Positions 14,701-26,423 of a DNA stretch of 64,000 nucleotides are shown here, piece by piece. Made by a program: the position numbers and the translations under genes. The DNA is taken from contig ADNK01002059.1 of the NCBI GenBank assembly GCA_000320545.1, forward strand, positions 61,536 through 125,535. Direction: 5' to 3'. The notes beneath the pieces were generated by a model. It did not search any database and was not told the DNA's origin. It saw nothing but the letters and a program-made list of their open reading frames with translations. Source of the stretch: Bigelowiella natans CCMP2755. Taxonomy: Eukaryota > Protista > Cercozoa. Every line of letters starts with the position of its first letter. Positions within the stretch are counted from its first letter, which is position 1.

Positions 14701-17081
14701 TCGGCACTTACCGTGTTCACCGTCACGGAGAATCTCCAGCGAGAGCCGAAAGCAGTAAGGTGAGTACTCGCGCAAGTGATTATTGGGGGGGAGGAGGAGG
14801 AGGAGGAAGAAGAAGAAGAAGAAGAAGAAGAAGAACCCTGTTGCCAATAATCCATGCTTTCCGTAGCTGAATTAGTAGTAGTAGTAGCAGCAGCAGCAGC
14901 AGCAGCAGCAGGATGATATTCTGCTGAGAATGATCCTACTGACCGAACACCACTATCGTCCCAAAGTTGGCTTGTTTCATTCCAAAACATGCATATTGGC
15001 TCTACCTTTACACCGTCGGGGGGTGAAAAGGGGGGGTAGGAAGAAGGCAGTCGTATGATGAACGGGATTATCGATGCATTAGTTACGGAAATAGGGGTAT
15101 TGGACTCATAATCGTTAATTTCAACGATGGCTATTCCAGCAGCAGAGACGTTTTGAGAAGCATCATCTGAAGCAGATGGAGATCCAAACAGGGCAGTTCC
15201 GGATATTGACACAAGAGATACTCGGATCTCAGTGCTATCTCCTGAGAGCTCGCCAATATTTTGGGGTAGACGGACAGTTGCATCGGTGTTGGCGTCGTCT
15301 TCAAGGGAGGACTTCTCAGAACCCAGGATGACAGAAGATGATGCATTTGTTGTTGTTTTATCTATCGTACTGATGCATTTTCCATGAAGAGATATGTTGA
15401 TATGGGTATTGCTCAGACCTCCTGAGGAAGACAGACTAGCGGCCTTCTCTCCTGGTACATGTGTTGCTATGATAGGAGCAGACAGCAGGGTTGATAAAAG
15501 GGGGGGGGGGAGGAGGGACGAAGGATTAGGAGGAGTATTCAAAATATAAATATATGTAGAGATTATAAATGAAATACATGTAGGCAATCAAAGAACATGA
15601 CAAATAGGCAGTACTACTTTCGTAATTTCTCGATAAGAAGTTAAGTATAATATTATATGTTGTGGGAGGTAGGTGCTCTAGATAATCATCTAGTACCTGT
15701 GGAGGTTCTTGTGAGATTGAGTAGAGATGTCTTTAGCTTCGGAATTAATCTACTCTTTGTCTCAGCATAACTTCTACTTTCATGAGGACGACTTTCAAAT
15801 GCCCATAACACGTTCGCAGCAGCCGATGTCGCACCTGAAATGATAGTCGTCGTTTCTGCATCCACAAGACGCTGCTGCTGCTGCTGCTGCTGTGTTGGAG
15901 GAGAGATCTCAGTACTACTAGGTGATGCTATCCTCTCAATGATAGCCGTTGCAATGTCCACAGAGCTTTCTAAGAGCTCTCCGGACTCAGAGAGAGTCAG
16001 CGCATTGAGAAGTACAGCAGTGTTGGCCTTGTTGATCGATGACCCCCCTCCTCCTCCTCCCCCTCCTAAATCCTGAGTTGCATTTGAAAGGATGGAGACC
16101 AGTAGGTCTCGTTGGTGATAAGACTTTTGCAAATAATTCCCTGTTTGAGCGCTGTTGTTGCTGCTGCTGCTGCTGTTGTTGGGACTGGTGCTAATCAAGC
16201 TGCTTGTGAGAGTATATAGAAAGCTCGAGGAAGCTGAGAGCACCACGACCAGGTTGTCATAATCCCCCTCTGTTAGTCGTCGCTTTGCCAAAACGGAAGC
16301 ACGGTCAATAGCCTCTACCATAACAGAAGGAGGAGAGAGAGATGGTGGGTGTACTTGTACGGTTAAATACTCATATGTGGATGCGCCGAGGCTGTCTTCA
16401 ATACGAGCACGGATGGAGACGACGGTCTGATTCTGAGATGATGATGATGATGATGATGATGATGCCGTATAAGGGGAGGGAAGCTCTGTCTCCAAGAGCG
16501 GAAGCTGACGATATCCGCAAAGATCAAGATAAAGCTGCAAGGAGGAGGATGAGGACGACGAGGAGGAAGAGGGGTTGGCACTTGCTTGGTCTTGTCCGAT
16601 TTGAAATTTGTACCTATCAACACACAAATTATACGTACAAATAAACACACAACGAGTATAAGATATAGAGGCAAAGAGAGGAGGAGGAGGGTAAGAGAAT
16701 GAGAGAATAAACGAATGTTTGAAAGTTTGGATATGACGAACCAACTCATCATGATCACTTAAATAATGTATAAGAGAGGAGCTACTACTACTACTACTAC
16801 TACAACTACAACTACCTACAACGTAACTCATTGTATGATCAATTATCACTAATGTTACTATTACTACTACTACTACCTCACAGGCACGTTAAGGTCTATC
16901 CATCCAGAGCACTGGAGACGGAATACTGTACTGAGTGCAACACCGCTGCTGGGAGCTACCACACATGACCCTGATTGAGGAGGGGAGTTTACCCTCACTA
17001 AAATGCTTGCATGGCCTTGGTTTCCTGATGCAAGTTTAAGAAAAGAAGGCAGCTATAATACACATTATGTATTCATATCAC

Positions 17082-17118
<37 letters not shown>

Positions 17119-17567
17119 CTGCTTCCCCCTCCTCTTCCTCCTCCTCCTCCTCCTCCTCTACTTTGGCAAAACAGCACTACTACGAAAGTACCTGCTCCAT
17201 TTCTTGCAGAGACTCGAAACACATACTCCATGCCTTCCTTTAGCGTATTCGGTGCTATCACAAGGTTTTGCGATGACACAGAGGTTAATACGATACCACT
17301 GTTGTTGTCATCGTTGTCGCCATTATTATTATTATTATTATTATCATCATCATCATCACTTAAATCCAGATTTCCAGATAAACACTCCCAGTGCCATCGT
17401 AGGAGTGAACCCCCCCCCCCTTCTACAATCCCAACGAGCTGAAGTTTGTCTTCAGCATTGTGCTGCTGCAGGTGTTGTTCGGGTGCTGCTGCTGATACAG
17501 AAGAAGCAACGATAAGACGAGGAATATTAAGAGAGGTCGTTCTCAGCCATTGTTTAGCTATTGCCCA

Positions 17568-17600
<33 letters not shown>

Positions 17601-19661
17601 GACGTCCAAAGAGACGTTCAGCGTAACGAGATACGACGTATTCGGAGAGAGCAGGGAAGTACTGATATTGAACTGAGATGTAGTGGGCCCAACGCTCTCA
17701 GGGAGTGAAAGAGGAGGACTACTCTCATTACACACACCACCATTGTTGCTACTACTGTTACAGACTCGAATTGACCAAGAATAGTGTAATGTCCTCGACG
17801 AGTTGGGACCACGGGAACCTCTCCCATCAACAAGAACAAGATAGTCATCGTCTATCGAGGAGGAGGAGGAGGAGGAGGAGGAGGAGCCATTCCTTGGTAA
17901 TGGCACTGGTATTGGAAGGAATCTTTCGCGCCCACCCCGGATGAAAGCTGAGGGTTTGACAGGGATAACCTGCACTAAGATTGATGTGTTTGCTCGTCCG
18001 ATCAGCTGCCCTGTCGCCATGTCGCGTGTCTCGGCAACGAAACCAAATTTATAGTCGGTGTTCAGAGGCGAAAGTGTGTGCGGGGGAAGATAGAGATAGA
18101 AGGATTCCGGTGAAGATATCCGAACTGAGGAGGAGGGTGGGGAGGAAAGAATGCTCCAACGCACTCTAGTGATAAGATCCAAAGTGCTGTCAGCACCGCA
18201 TTGAGGCTCTCGGACTTGAGGTCGTACATCAAGAGCATCACCCTCGAGTAAAATAAGGGTGGGAGGGGTAGGCATGCGGATTATCGGAACTTGGCCAGTC
18301 GAAACCCTCTTGAGCCTATGGACAACTGAAGCAGAGCCTCCTAGCCAATTCACCACTGATACATTAAATTCATACCAATGCCCAATAGTCAGATTCTTAC
18401 TCGGGATGATGAGAGTCTGTTTGTCTTTGCTTCTCTCGCAAATACTCTGGAGTAACAAGGAGGAGTCGGATGATTGCTGGAGCTTCCAAGTGACTTTTAG
18501 CGTCTTGCTGGCATCACCAGAAGAAAAAGTTGTCAAATCTACGGTTGAGCGACATACTCCGACCTCTGAAGCTCCTACGATACTGACAGTTGGTATTGGT
18601 GAAACAACAGGAGGAAGTATTTCCACCGAATGTCTCCATGCGGTCACGAATTCACCAGGAGCCTTGATAACCCCTCCTCGAATAATGATTCGGTCAGATA
18701 TTCCCAGCAGAAAGTCGCGCCTTGGTATGACGTACAGCAAAGAGGGGCTTGACCACAGACAACGAGGAGGCTGCTGCTGCTGCTGCTGCTGCTGCTTTTC
18801 CCCGAGAAGTCCAGCTATAGTCTCGTTGGCAAGGAGGCAGGAGCAATTTGAGCATGCTAAAGTAGTCGTTGGACGATTGAATGTGATTTCTATACGAGTA
18901 ACTAGATTATCGAATATGGCTCGAAGGGCGAAGGGGGGTGTTATCGTTGGTCCTACATACCCATTATTCATAACAAAGGAAGAGAAATAACATCTTAGAT
19001 CTTATTTTCAATAAATGTCCAATTTTTATTTTCTCTATTTAAGCAAGTAGCGAGAGAAGAGGGAAGAAGAGAAAACAAATGCAGCGTACATCAAATGTGT
19101 TACTAAACCACGACGTATGTTGAATATGTGAGCGATGCAGCGACCATTTCCCTGCAACGAACCCCCCTCCTCTTCTCTTAACAATTTACTTACCGTGAGT
19201 TGGTGTGGAAGTCGGTTGTAAAGTCGTTGGAGACATTGTTGGCTGTAAAGTCGTTGGAGACATTGTTGGCTGTAGAGTCGTTGGAGACATCGTTTTTGGT
19301 GATATGGTGGAGGGAGATGAAGTAGGTTGATTCGACGTGGGACAATGTGTTGGAATCATGGACGGAGTGGCAGAAGGAGAGGAGGTAGTAGGAGAGAGGG
19401 TAGGAGCGCTTGTAGGAGGAATTGGAAAAGTGCGATGAAGGAAATACATGGAAGGGTTCCCATTTGAAGGACAGATTTTAGTGTAAGATCCCCCTGATGG
19501 GAGGGAGAAACCACTACTACTCGTCCCAGGTGTGGAAAATCCTGCTGGGTTGACAACTGCGTAAGCATTCCAATTCTGGGGCGGAGTGCTGCCTCCATAA
19601 GCAATCCAGTCTGCAGTTAGCGTCAAGATAATAATGTACGCGTAGAAAACACATGGACGTG

Positions 19662-19705
<44 letters not shown>

Positions 19706-20579
19706 TAAATATGAAAATGTTCCTATTTGAAGACATATTACACATACGACAAAGCTAACCCAAAAAAACCAAAAAAAACTAGTATTCGCAGCTCCTCTTT
19801 CCAATACCGATTTTCCTCTCGCTCAGGAGCGAGCGCGTATGTTAGTGCATGCACGTTTTGTCTGTTGAGTTTTTCTCGTGCACAAGCTCTTTTGTTGTTG
19901 GCGATCAATTCGAATATAAATCACCACCTACCTGTTGTTGAAGAGCTCATCCCAGAATATCGGATGTCATTCGATGTACACGTCAAAGCGAGACCTCCTA
20001 AAAATTGAATGAATGATACAATATAATAAGTCTCCACTTCATGCTGTGAATGTTTCTGTGGAAATATTGAGGTATAGAGGTAGGTGCCAAGAGGACCTCC
20101 GGAGCAGGAGTTGGAATTAGCATCTCTGGCTTTTATTCCAATCATGTAGCCCCGCGAGCTGTTCGCGACAAATGAAAATGTCTTCAAGCTCCCCCAATTG
20201 TTACCATCTCTGAGTGAATACAAATAAGATATAATCAGTGTGTAGTTCGTTCACTTTTAGAACGATCCACCCGTTGGTACAAATAGTTGTCGTCACCTTG
20301 TAGGTCATTGAAAAACATTTACAAATAGAAAATGGGGACAAACTCTTCATGACACAGGACCAGATCAGCACTACGCCACCGTTCACGCATTATTCAGTTG
20401 TACTTATCTCACCCGTCGAACGCAATTGAGTCTCCATTTAAGTAAATGGCATCCAAATAGTTGTCCGCTGTCGCACTACAGCTAACCGTAGAAGTCTGGG
20501 CGATTGCAACATGGACAAGCAAGGCCAGCCACTGAAGCAGAACCAGAGGAAACAACTTTTTCTCACTACTAGAGGCCAT
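11736..20579 (-). CDS. Polycystin-1-like/adhesion receptor: signal peptide, lectin-like domain, PT repeats, REJ-like region, GAIN/GPS, about 6 TM segments, C-terminal PDZ-like segment (multi-exon)
   Basis: ATG at 20579 gives MASSSEKKLFPLVLLQWLALLVHVAIA. SPTTLQPT repeats at ~19200-19400. REJ-like exons at 15690-18970 (e.g. LVIAPNTLKEGMEYVFRVSA). GPS motif CMFWNETSQLWDDSGV...CASTHL/TAF. PKD1-like HPWLAVFVRP..FLNSQKRL after TM1. GMRILRINGVSV near the C-terminus. Confidence 0.8.
19215..19295 (-). repeat. Coding 27-bp tandem repeat (MSPTTLQPT x3) in a mucin-like PT stalk
   Basis: gtcgttggagacattgttggctgtaaa-like unit repeated three times. Confidence 0.85.
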
Positions 20580-20639
20580 CCGTTTGCGTATGAGTGTGGT
20601 TCAGTCGTTGTAGGATTGATGTCAAAGCTGTTGGATGCA

Positions 20640-22400
20640 GATGAATGACGACTTGCACACCGCCATCATGCCATCATGAGGAGTGTGTCGACCGAAATTC
20701 AATGTCAGAGCGACAGAAACAGTTTGATGTCGCAGAGAACATTTCTAACCCCTTTTTTTTATGTGGAACATCATCACATGCAGCTTTGGCGACATGCGAT
20801 CCCGGTCAGTGGCGGGGGATCTCCGTTCTTGCTCGTGTGTCTGTGGTTTGCACCGGTGATGAGACCAGGCAGCCAAACGAAGGATTTTAGGATTTTCGGA
20901 TCTGCAATGTGTCCAAGATTCATCCCGGATGAATCCCGTCAGGATGAATGTGTCCTCCTCCAACTTTGTGCCATCCAGCAGGGCGGGGCAATCTAGCAAT
21001 GTCTCCGCAAGTGCCGGCGATGTTGTGGTTGCACATGGCGTGAAGCTTGTGCATCCAAGTGCGTGGACCACGAAGGATGAGTGTGTCCTCCTCCAACTTG
21101 TTTGTGCCATCCAGCAGGGGCAATGTCTCCGCAAAAGCCGGGGATGTTGTGGCCGGCGTGAAGCTCGTGTGTCCAACCAAGTGGACCGTGAAGGTGTGGT
21201 CCATGGGATTGTTCGCTTGGGGATTGAAGGCACGGTGTTCTTGCTTGGCAAACTCCACCAAGAACGAGAAAGCCGTGGTGAAAGGATTTCGGGGTGAAGG
21301 TGACTGAGAGAAGTTTGGTCCCAAAGTTGGCACAGGTCAGGCACAAAAGACAACGAAAGTTGGAATGGAGGAATGGCTTGAGTGCCATTCTTGGCATTCT
21401 TGATTCCTTTTGGTTTCACCAGTTGGTCCTCACGTCCTCACTGAAGTTGGTTCGATGCTTTGGAACTTTGTCAGCATTCCATCGCAGCACTCTTTCTCTC
21501 TTTCTTTCTTTCTTTTTCACTCTCGTTCAGAACTGGAGGAGCAGCCTCAAAACCCAGGTCTGGAGGTGCTGGTGTGCCGGCATCAGGCGCTTGAGGAGGC
21601 CATGGACGAGTCAGCGTGTCCCATGCGATCCTTCTCCAACGGAATCAATTTGTCATCATTCACTTGTCACTCACGGCAAATCAGAAACTGACGTTCACGA
21701 AAACTTCTTGGTCAGAGTTGACTGGAGTTCCATTGCCACCTGCTGGCCTGGCTAGCTGGCCGCGTTCCCAGCCGCTTGAGGTGCGTCCAGTTCTGGAGTT
21801 GCTCTGGTTCTGGCTGCTCTTGCGCGCACCTTTCTGGAATGATGATGGCTGATGGCGATGAACGTAATTCAATCAACAGTTTCTAGTTCGTTTGATCCAT
21901 CTCAGCGATGATGAATTTTTGGCACGCACTGGTCAGCAGCTGCGCGGCGATTGTGAACGTTGGCGCAACGTGGGCTCTCCAGCTCCAGACGCTTCTGCTT
22001 TGCAGTCAGTCGCATGCACAAGTGGTGTGGCAGACGTGCACGTCTAGACGTGCCATCTGGCCATGCCAGCATGCTGGCATGGCCATGCTGGCATGGCCAC
22101 CGGCACGTGTGCATTGCGCACTGTGGACACGGTGTACACGTTGTGCTGGACAGTGCGTGTGCACCTTGTCTGTTGCAGTGTGCACGTTGCACATGTCACA
22201 CGTGCAGTGCACACATTGTCCATTCTGGCATTGTGCGCATGTTCAGACATGCTGTGGCGTGCACCAGCTGTTCATTGAATTGTGCAACTCAATCTGTATC
22301 GTCACTTGTGATGATCATTGTTGCGATTGACAATTGCATTGGTCCGACAACGTGGTTGTTTCTTTCTTGTGCATGAAACATTGTTCAAAGCTCAACCTCC
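20640..22400. other. TpA-depleted intergenic island 2 (contains a decayed coding-like relic)
   Basis: Hand count gives about 10 TA in 20641-22400, and none between 20996 and 21752. Confidence 0.9.
20941..21185. repeat. Diverged ~130-bp direct duplication inside island 2
   Basis: aggatgaRtgtgtcctcctccaact...tgtgccatccagcaggg...caatgtctccgcaa...gatgttgtgg...ggcgtgaagct occurs at ~20941 and ~21074. Confidence 0.85.
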
Positions 22401-25026
22401 TCTGGTCCAAGCAACTGCCCACCTCCTTCACTAACGCCCGATGAATGAAGACAATTTCCATCTATTTCAAACACGCATGGGAGCTCTGGATGAGGGTTGT
22501 CAATTCCAATCGACATTCCGTCGGGGATCCTGAATAGAATTAAATGTGGACTTCTTAACCCTATAAAATACGCAACTTCATGCATGTGATTGCTGCTTAC
22601 TGTGAGCTGGACAATGATCAAAACACGCAAGCACGCATGTAAGTGCGCCCCACACATTACATATATAGGTACATGTATCTACGTACCCTTTCAGCCAAGA
22701 TGAATAACTGCGAGAATCTTCTGAGTCCATCCTCTTCTTTCTTTGACTTCTCGGGAGAACACAAGAGTCACCATCTCCACTGAAATAGCTTATGGCAAAC
22801 GCCGCCCTCCCGAGGGACCATGATTTCGATGATGATGTTGACGGTATTGCCCTATTTTGACGTTTTATCTTCTTGTTAATTAACGGTACTCCAGATGCTG
22901 TGTGCAGGACCCAGCCGTGATGCCATGATGCACTGCATATTCCAATAGGCAGCTCATATGAACAATATTGAAGTTGAAATTCTTCACATTTTGATGAGAT
23001 CTTCCCTTGTTACCTTCCGAGTGGGATAGCTCCGTAGTCTTCTACCACATATCTATCGGACAGGTCCTTCACAATCAACAAATGACAAATGAATTGAGAA
23101 CACGAAGATGAGGTATAGCAACTTGCATGCCACGCATCATCACCCAATTTGAACGCTGCGATTTGTCCCACCAGTGGCCGAGTGAAAAATCCCTTTAAGC
23201 ATATATAGTCGGTAAGAAGCTCGAAGTCAAATTTGCGAAGATAAGTAACATATGTCATATTGAGGGAACGTTCATATAAGCGAATATTGAGCTGATTTCC
23301 ACGCTGCCCAATTTCAAGAGACGATGATTTCTTCATTTTATTTCTAAATTATTCCAAATCTGGCTTTATTTGATTAGTAACCTATGCGATCCAGAAGCGA
23401 ACCTCAACCCAGTAGTATCTTAAATATAGGTGCGAGTGTTGGATAAAGATGTAGCATGTTACACGCTATATCTCAAGCAGCAGCGTTTAGTAGGAGTTTG
23501 AGTTGAAGAACTTTAGTATTTCTATATAATCTGGTTAACTGCTCACTTACTCTTTTTTATTTCTGTGAGCGGAATCCAAACTGTGACGAATTTATTTGTA
23601 TCAAGAGGAGCTAGGTTCAAGTCACTATGCCATTGTGTGTCGCCATCTCTACCATAAAACAACATCATCATGTTAAAATCAGTCTTACTGCATGCTTTTA
23701 CATTCTTCGACGTATATACCCTGGCCGTTTGACAAATAGAGAATCTTGGTAGATGCACACGCTCTTTGAACCAAGCAGCGATGCCGCAATTTGTGCTAGG
23801 CGGGGTGACAGCACGAGCTTCTTAATATTTCTGGAAAAACATACAACACCAGAACCCACTGTTAAGCAAATAGATTTATTGGCATCGACCAATGTTATGA
23901 TCAGGTACTGTTAAGAACTACTCGTTGCTCTCCGAAGACTTCCATAAATTGAACAACTGTAGGAATGGAACGTCGATCCTGGACAATTGTTGAGCATACA
24001 GACGAAGACGAAGATGAATAAAGAAGAATGAGAAGAACCAGGCAGAAGAAGATTTTTAGGGCAATATCAACGAATCTACTTCTAATTACATTTTTAAAAA
24101 TTATTTACCACTACACATTACCCTTTGCTTCGAAGCAATTGTTCTCCTTCTTCTGGCGATTGAACTCCCCTACCTATTTCAGATCCTAACTCAACCTGAT
24201 CACATTTCGATCAAAATGCAAGAATCTTCAAGAAGGGATTGTGAACACCTTAGCATCTAATTGTTTTAAATGAACCTCGCAGCGGTGCTGATAAGCCTCG
24301 AGCAGTTTTTCGTCGAACCTAAGGATCGATAGCAAAAGATTTACATCTTGCGGAGTTGTTCTATCGTCATCTCCCTTCAACCGCATGATACATTTTTCTA
24401 TTCTATCAGCCTCAATTACTCTTTAGCGATCTCTTCACGAATTGCAAGAATATGGTTATCCGCAAATAGATCTCTATATGAGAAGGGAAGGAAGATGGAG
24501 AAAATGTGAATGAATAAATTACTCAGATCATGCAGATAAATCTAGTAATAGAAGGTTGTTGTTACCTTGTTAAGATATGCCCTCTTCGTTCAAACTTTAG
24601 AATATCCTCTACGCATAGTAAATTATATGGCTTCCTCAAATGTCTAAGCCAATTGTCGTATTCAGTTTCTTTTGAACTAGTAGCAGTAGAAGCAGCAGCG
24701 GTAGTAGTAGTAGTAGTAGTAGCAAACTTTGTTGCTAGAGAGATTTGTCGGTGGAACACATGGTCAGCAATCCCCTTCCTCCGTCTTCTAATTCTTCCCC
24801 ACATCACTAATTCTTTCTCTTGACTGCAAATTCTAGTAGAGTATTGCGAGCTTAAGATAATCCTCTGGAAGGAGGAGGAGGAGGAGGAGGAGGAGGAGGA
24901 GGAGGAGGAGGAGGAGGAGGAGGAGGACAGCTTCAAATGACTTCTGTAGTCGGTGGCATTGGAAAAGACCCACAGAGTAGTACACAGCATTGCGATGATC
25001 ATCATGCTAAACATTTTGCCCTGCAT
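22385..25026 (-). CDS. Phytanoyl-CoA dioxygenase (PhyH)-family Fe(II)/2-oxoglutarate dioxygenase with bipartite N-terminal presequence (multi-exon)
   Basis: Exons encode PRLAQIAASLLG..IYQDSLFVKRPG, TQWHSDL (HxD), VTVWIPL, GLRFASGSHR and SWHHGWVLHTASG (distal His). The N-terminus is a hydrophobic signal followed by a poly-Ser, basic transit-like region. Confidence 0.85.
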
Positions 25027-25368
25027 AGTGGGAATAGTATATCAATCATGTATCGGCATATATTTTCTTTATCAGAAAAACAGTCCTGCGACAGTGTCGT
25101 CTTTCATCGGGTTTTAAATATGCCTCCCCCCTCCATAGTTTCGACCGGAATGTGTCGGCTCAACAAAGGATTAAAAAATCTAACTTTGATGGAACGACAG
25201 AGAATTTATCCTGTCTCCACAAAAAAATGAGGAGAAAGTAGTAGTGCGACTCATTGAATTATCTCTGTCGCAGGAGGGAACATCCAGGGTATTTTGTAGA
25301 AAATGACGATGACGACAAGACAAAGTTGCTGATATAATTGAATAATATACCGGTACCGTATTGTGATT

Positions 25369-25997
25369 ATGGGTTTGACTACAAATGCTCTACTACATGT
25401 ACTACTACTACCTACCTCACCTGCGCACGTATGGCAGTGGTACTCCATTGAGAATACAATGGTACTGCTCGGTAGCCTGTTGCTCAGAGCGCTCATCACC
25501 GTGGCAGAAATTGCTTCTGTGCTTGGGAAGGATGTTCATCGCTCGAAAAGTCTCCATTTACCCCGTCGGATTTCATTCCGCCCCTCTCATATAACACGAA
25601 GGATTGTATCTATAGGAGCGAATGGGGACGGCTCTAGTGATCATGCAGCTGTTCGAGTGGGATTTATCGGAACAGGAACAATTACGGTTCTCCTATTCAA
25701 TGAAGATGATATCAACACATTTTGAATCGTTGAGCATTCATACATTCACCGATCTTGTCTATGAGTTAAGATGCAGATCAATGCCCCACGTGATGATGAT
25801 GATGATGATGACGATGATGATGATGATTTACCAAATTATTCACCAAATTAAGCCATATCAATGACGATGATAACTATAGCGACTACCATGGTTATCAGGA
25901 AGCTGTTGTCACAGGAATGCTATCGAGCGACCATCCTCTCCATCCAGTTGTGAACCATTAACTTCACTCATATATGTATACACATGTGTATGTACGC

Positions 25998-26083
<86 letters not shown>

Positions 26084-26368
26084 CGCGTAATTTAACTTGT
26101 AAGAGAGAGGGGGGAGGGGGAGAGAGAGAATTCAGAAGGAAGTAGCAAGAAATATTTACGACATCTTAAAATCAGCATGTGACCGTATCACCTCGGAACG
26201 CTGAAAGAGCGGCACGACTTGCTGCAAAGTTTCCATCAAAGGTTATACATATACGAGCCCCAAAATTCATATAATTATATATAAGCTAGAATTTTCATAT
26301 CGAGAACGGTAATGTACATGTTTTGGTTAAAAATATATGTTACAAACGAGTGCTTCTTCGTGGGCATT

Positions 26369-26423
<55 letters not shown>

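Noticed and set aside
20645-22376. Dense cluster of Cys/His-rich ORFs resembling metal-binding peptides
   Set aside because: Cys (TGY) and His (CAY) enrichment is the direct product of CA/TG-rich, TA-free sequence.
10200-22400. CpG methylation decay or fungal RIP as the cause of the two TpA-poor islands
   Set aside because: CpG is plentiful in the islands, and RIP raises TpA rather than removing it.
23010-23336. ORF containing FKLGDDAWH, resembling a duplicated PhyH motif
   Set aside because: The real exon reads in another frame (RDFSLGHWWDKSQRSNW) and splices cleanly, so the resemblance is coincidental.
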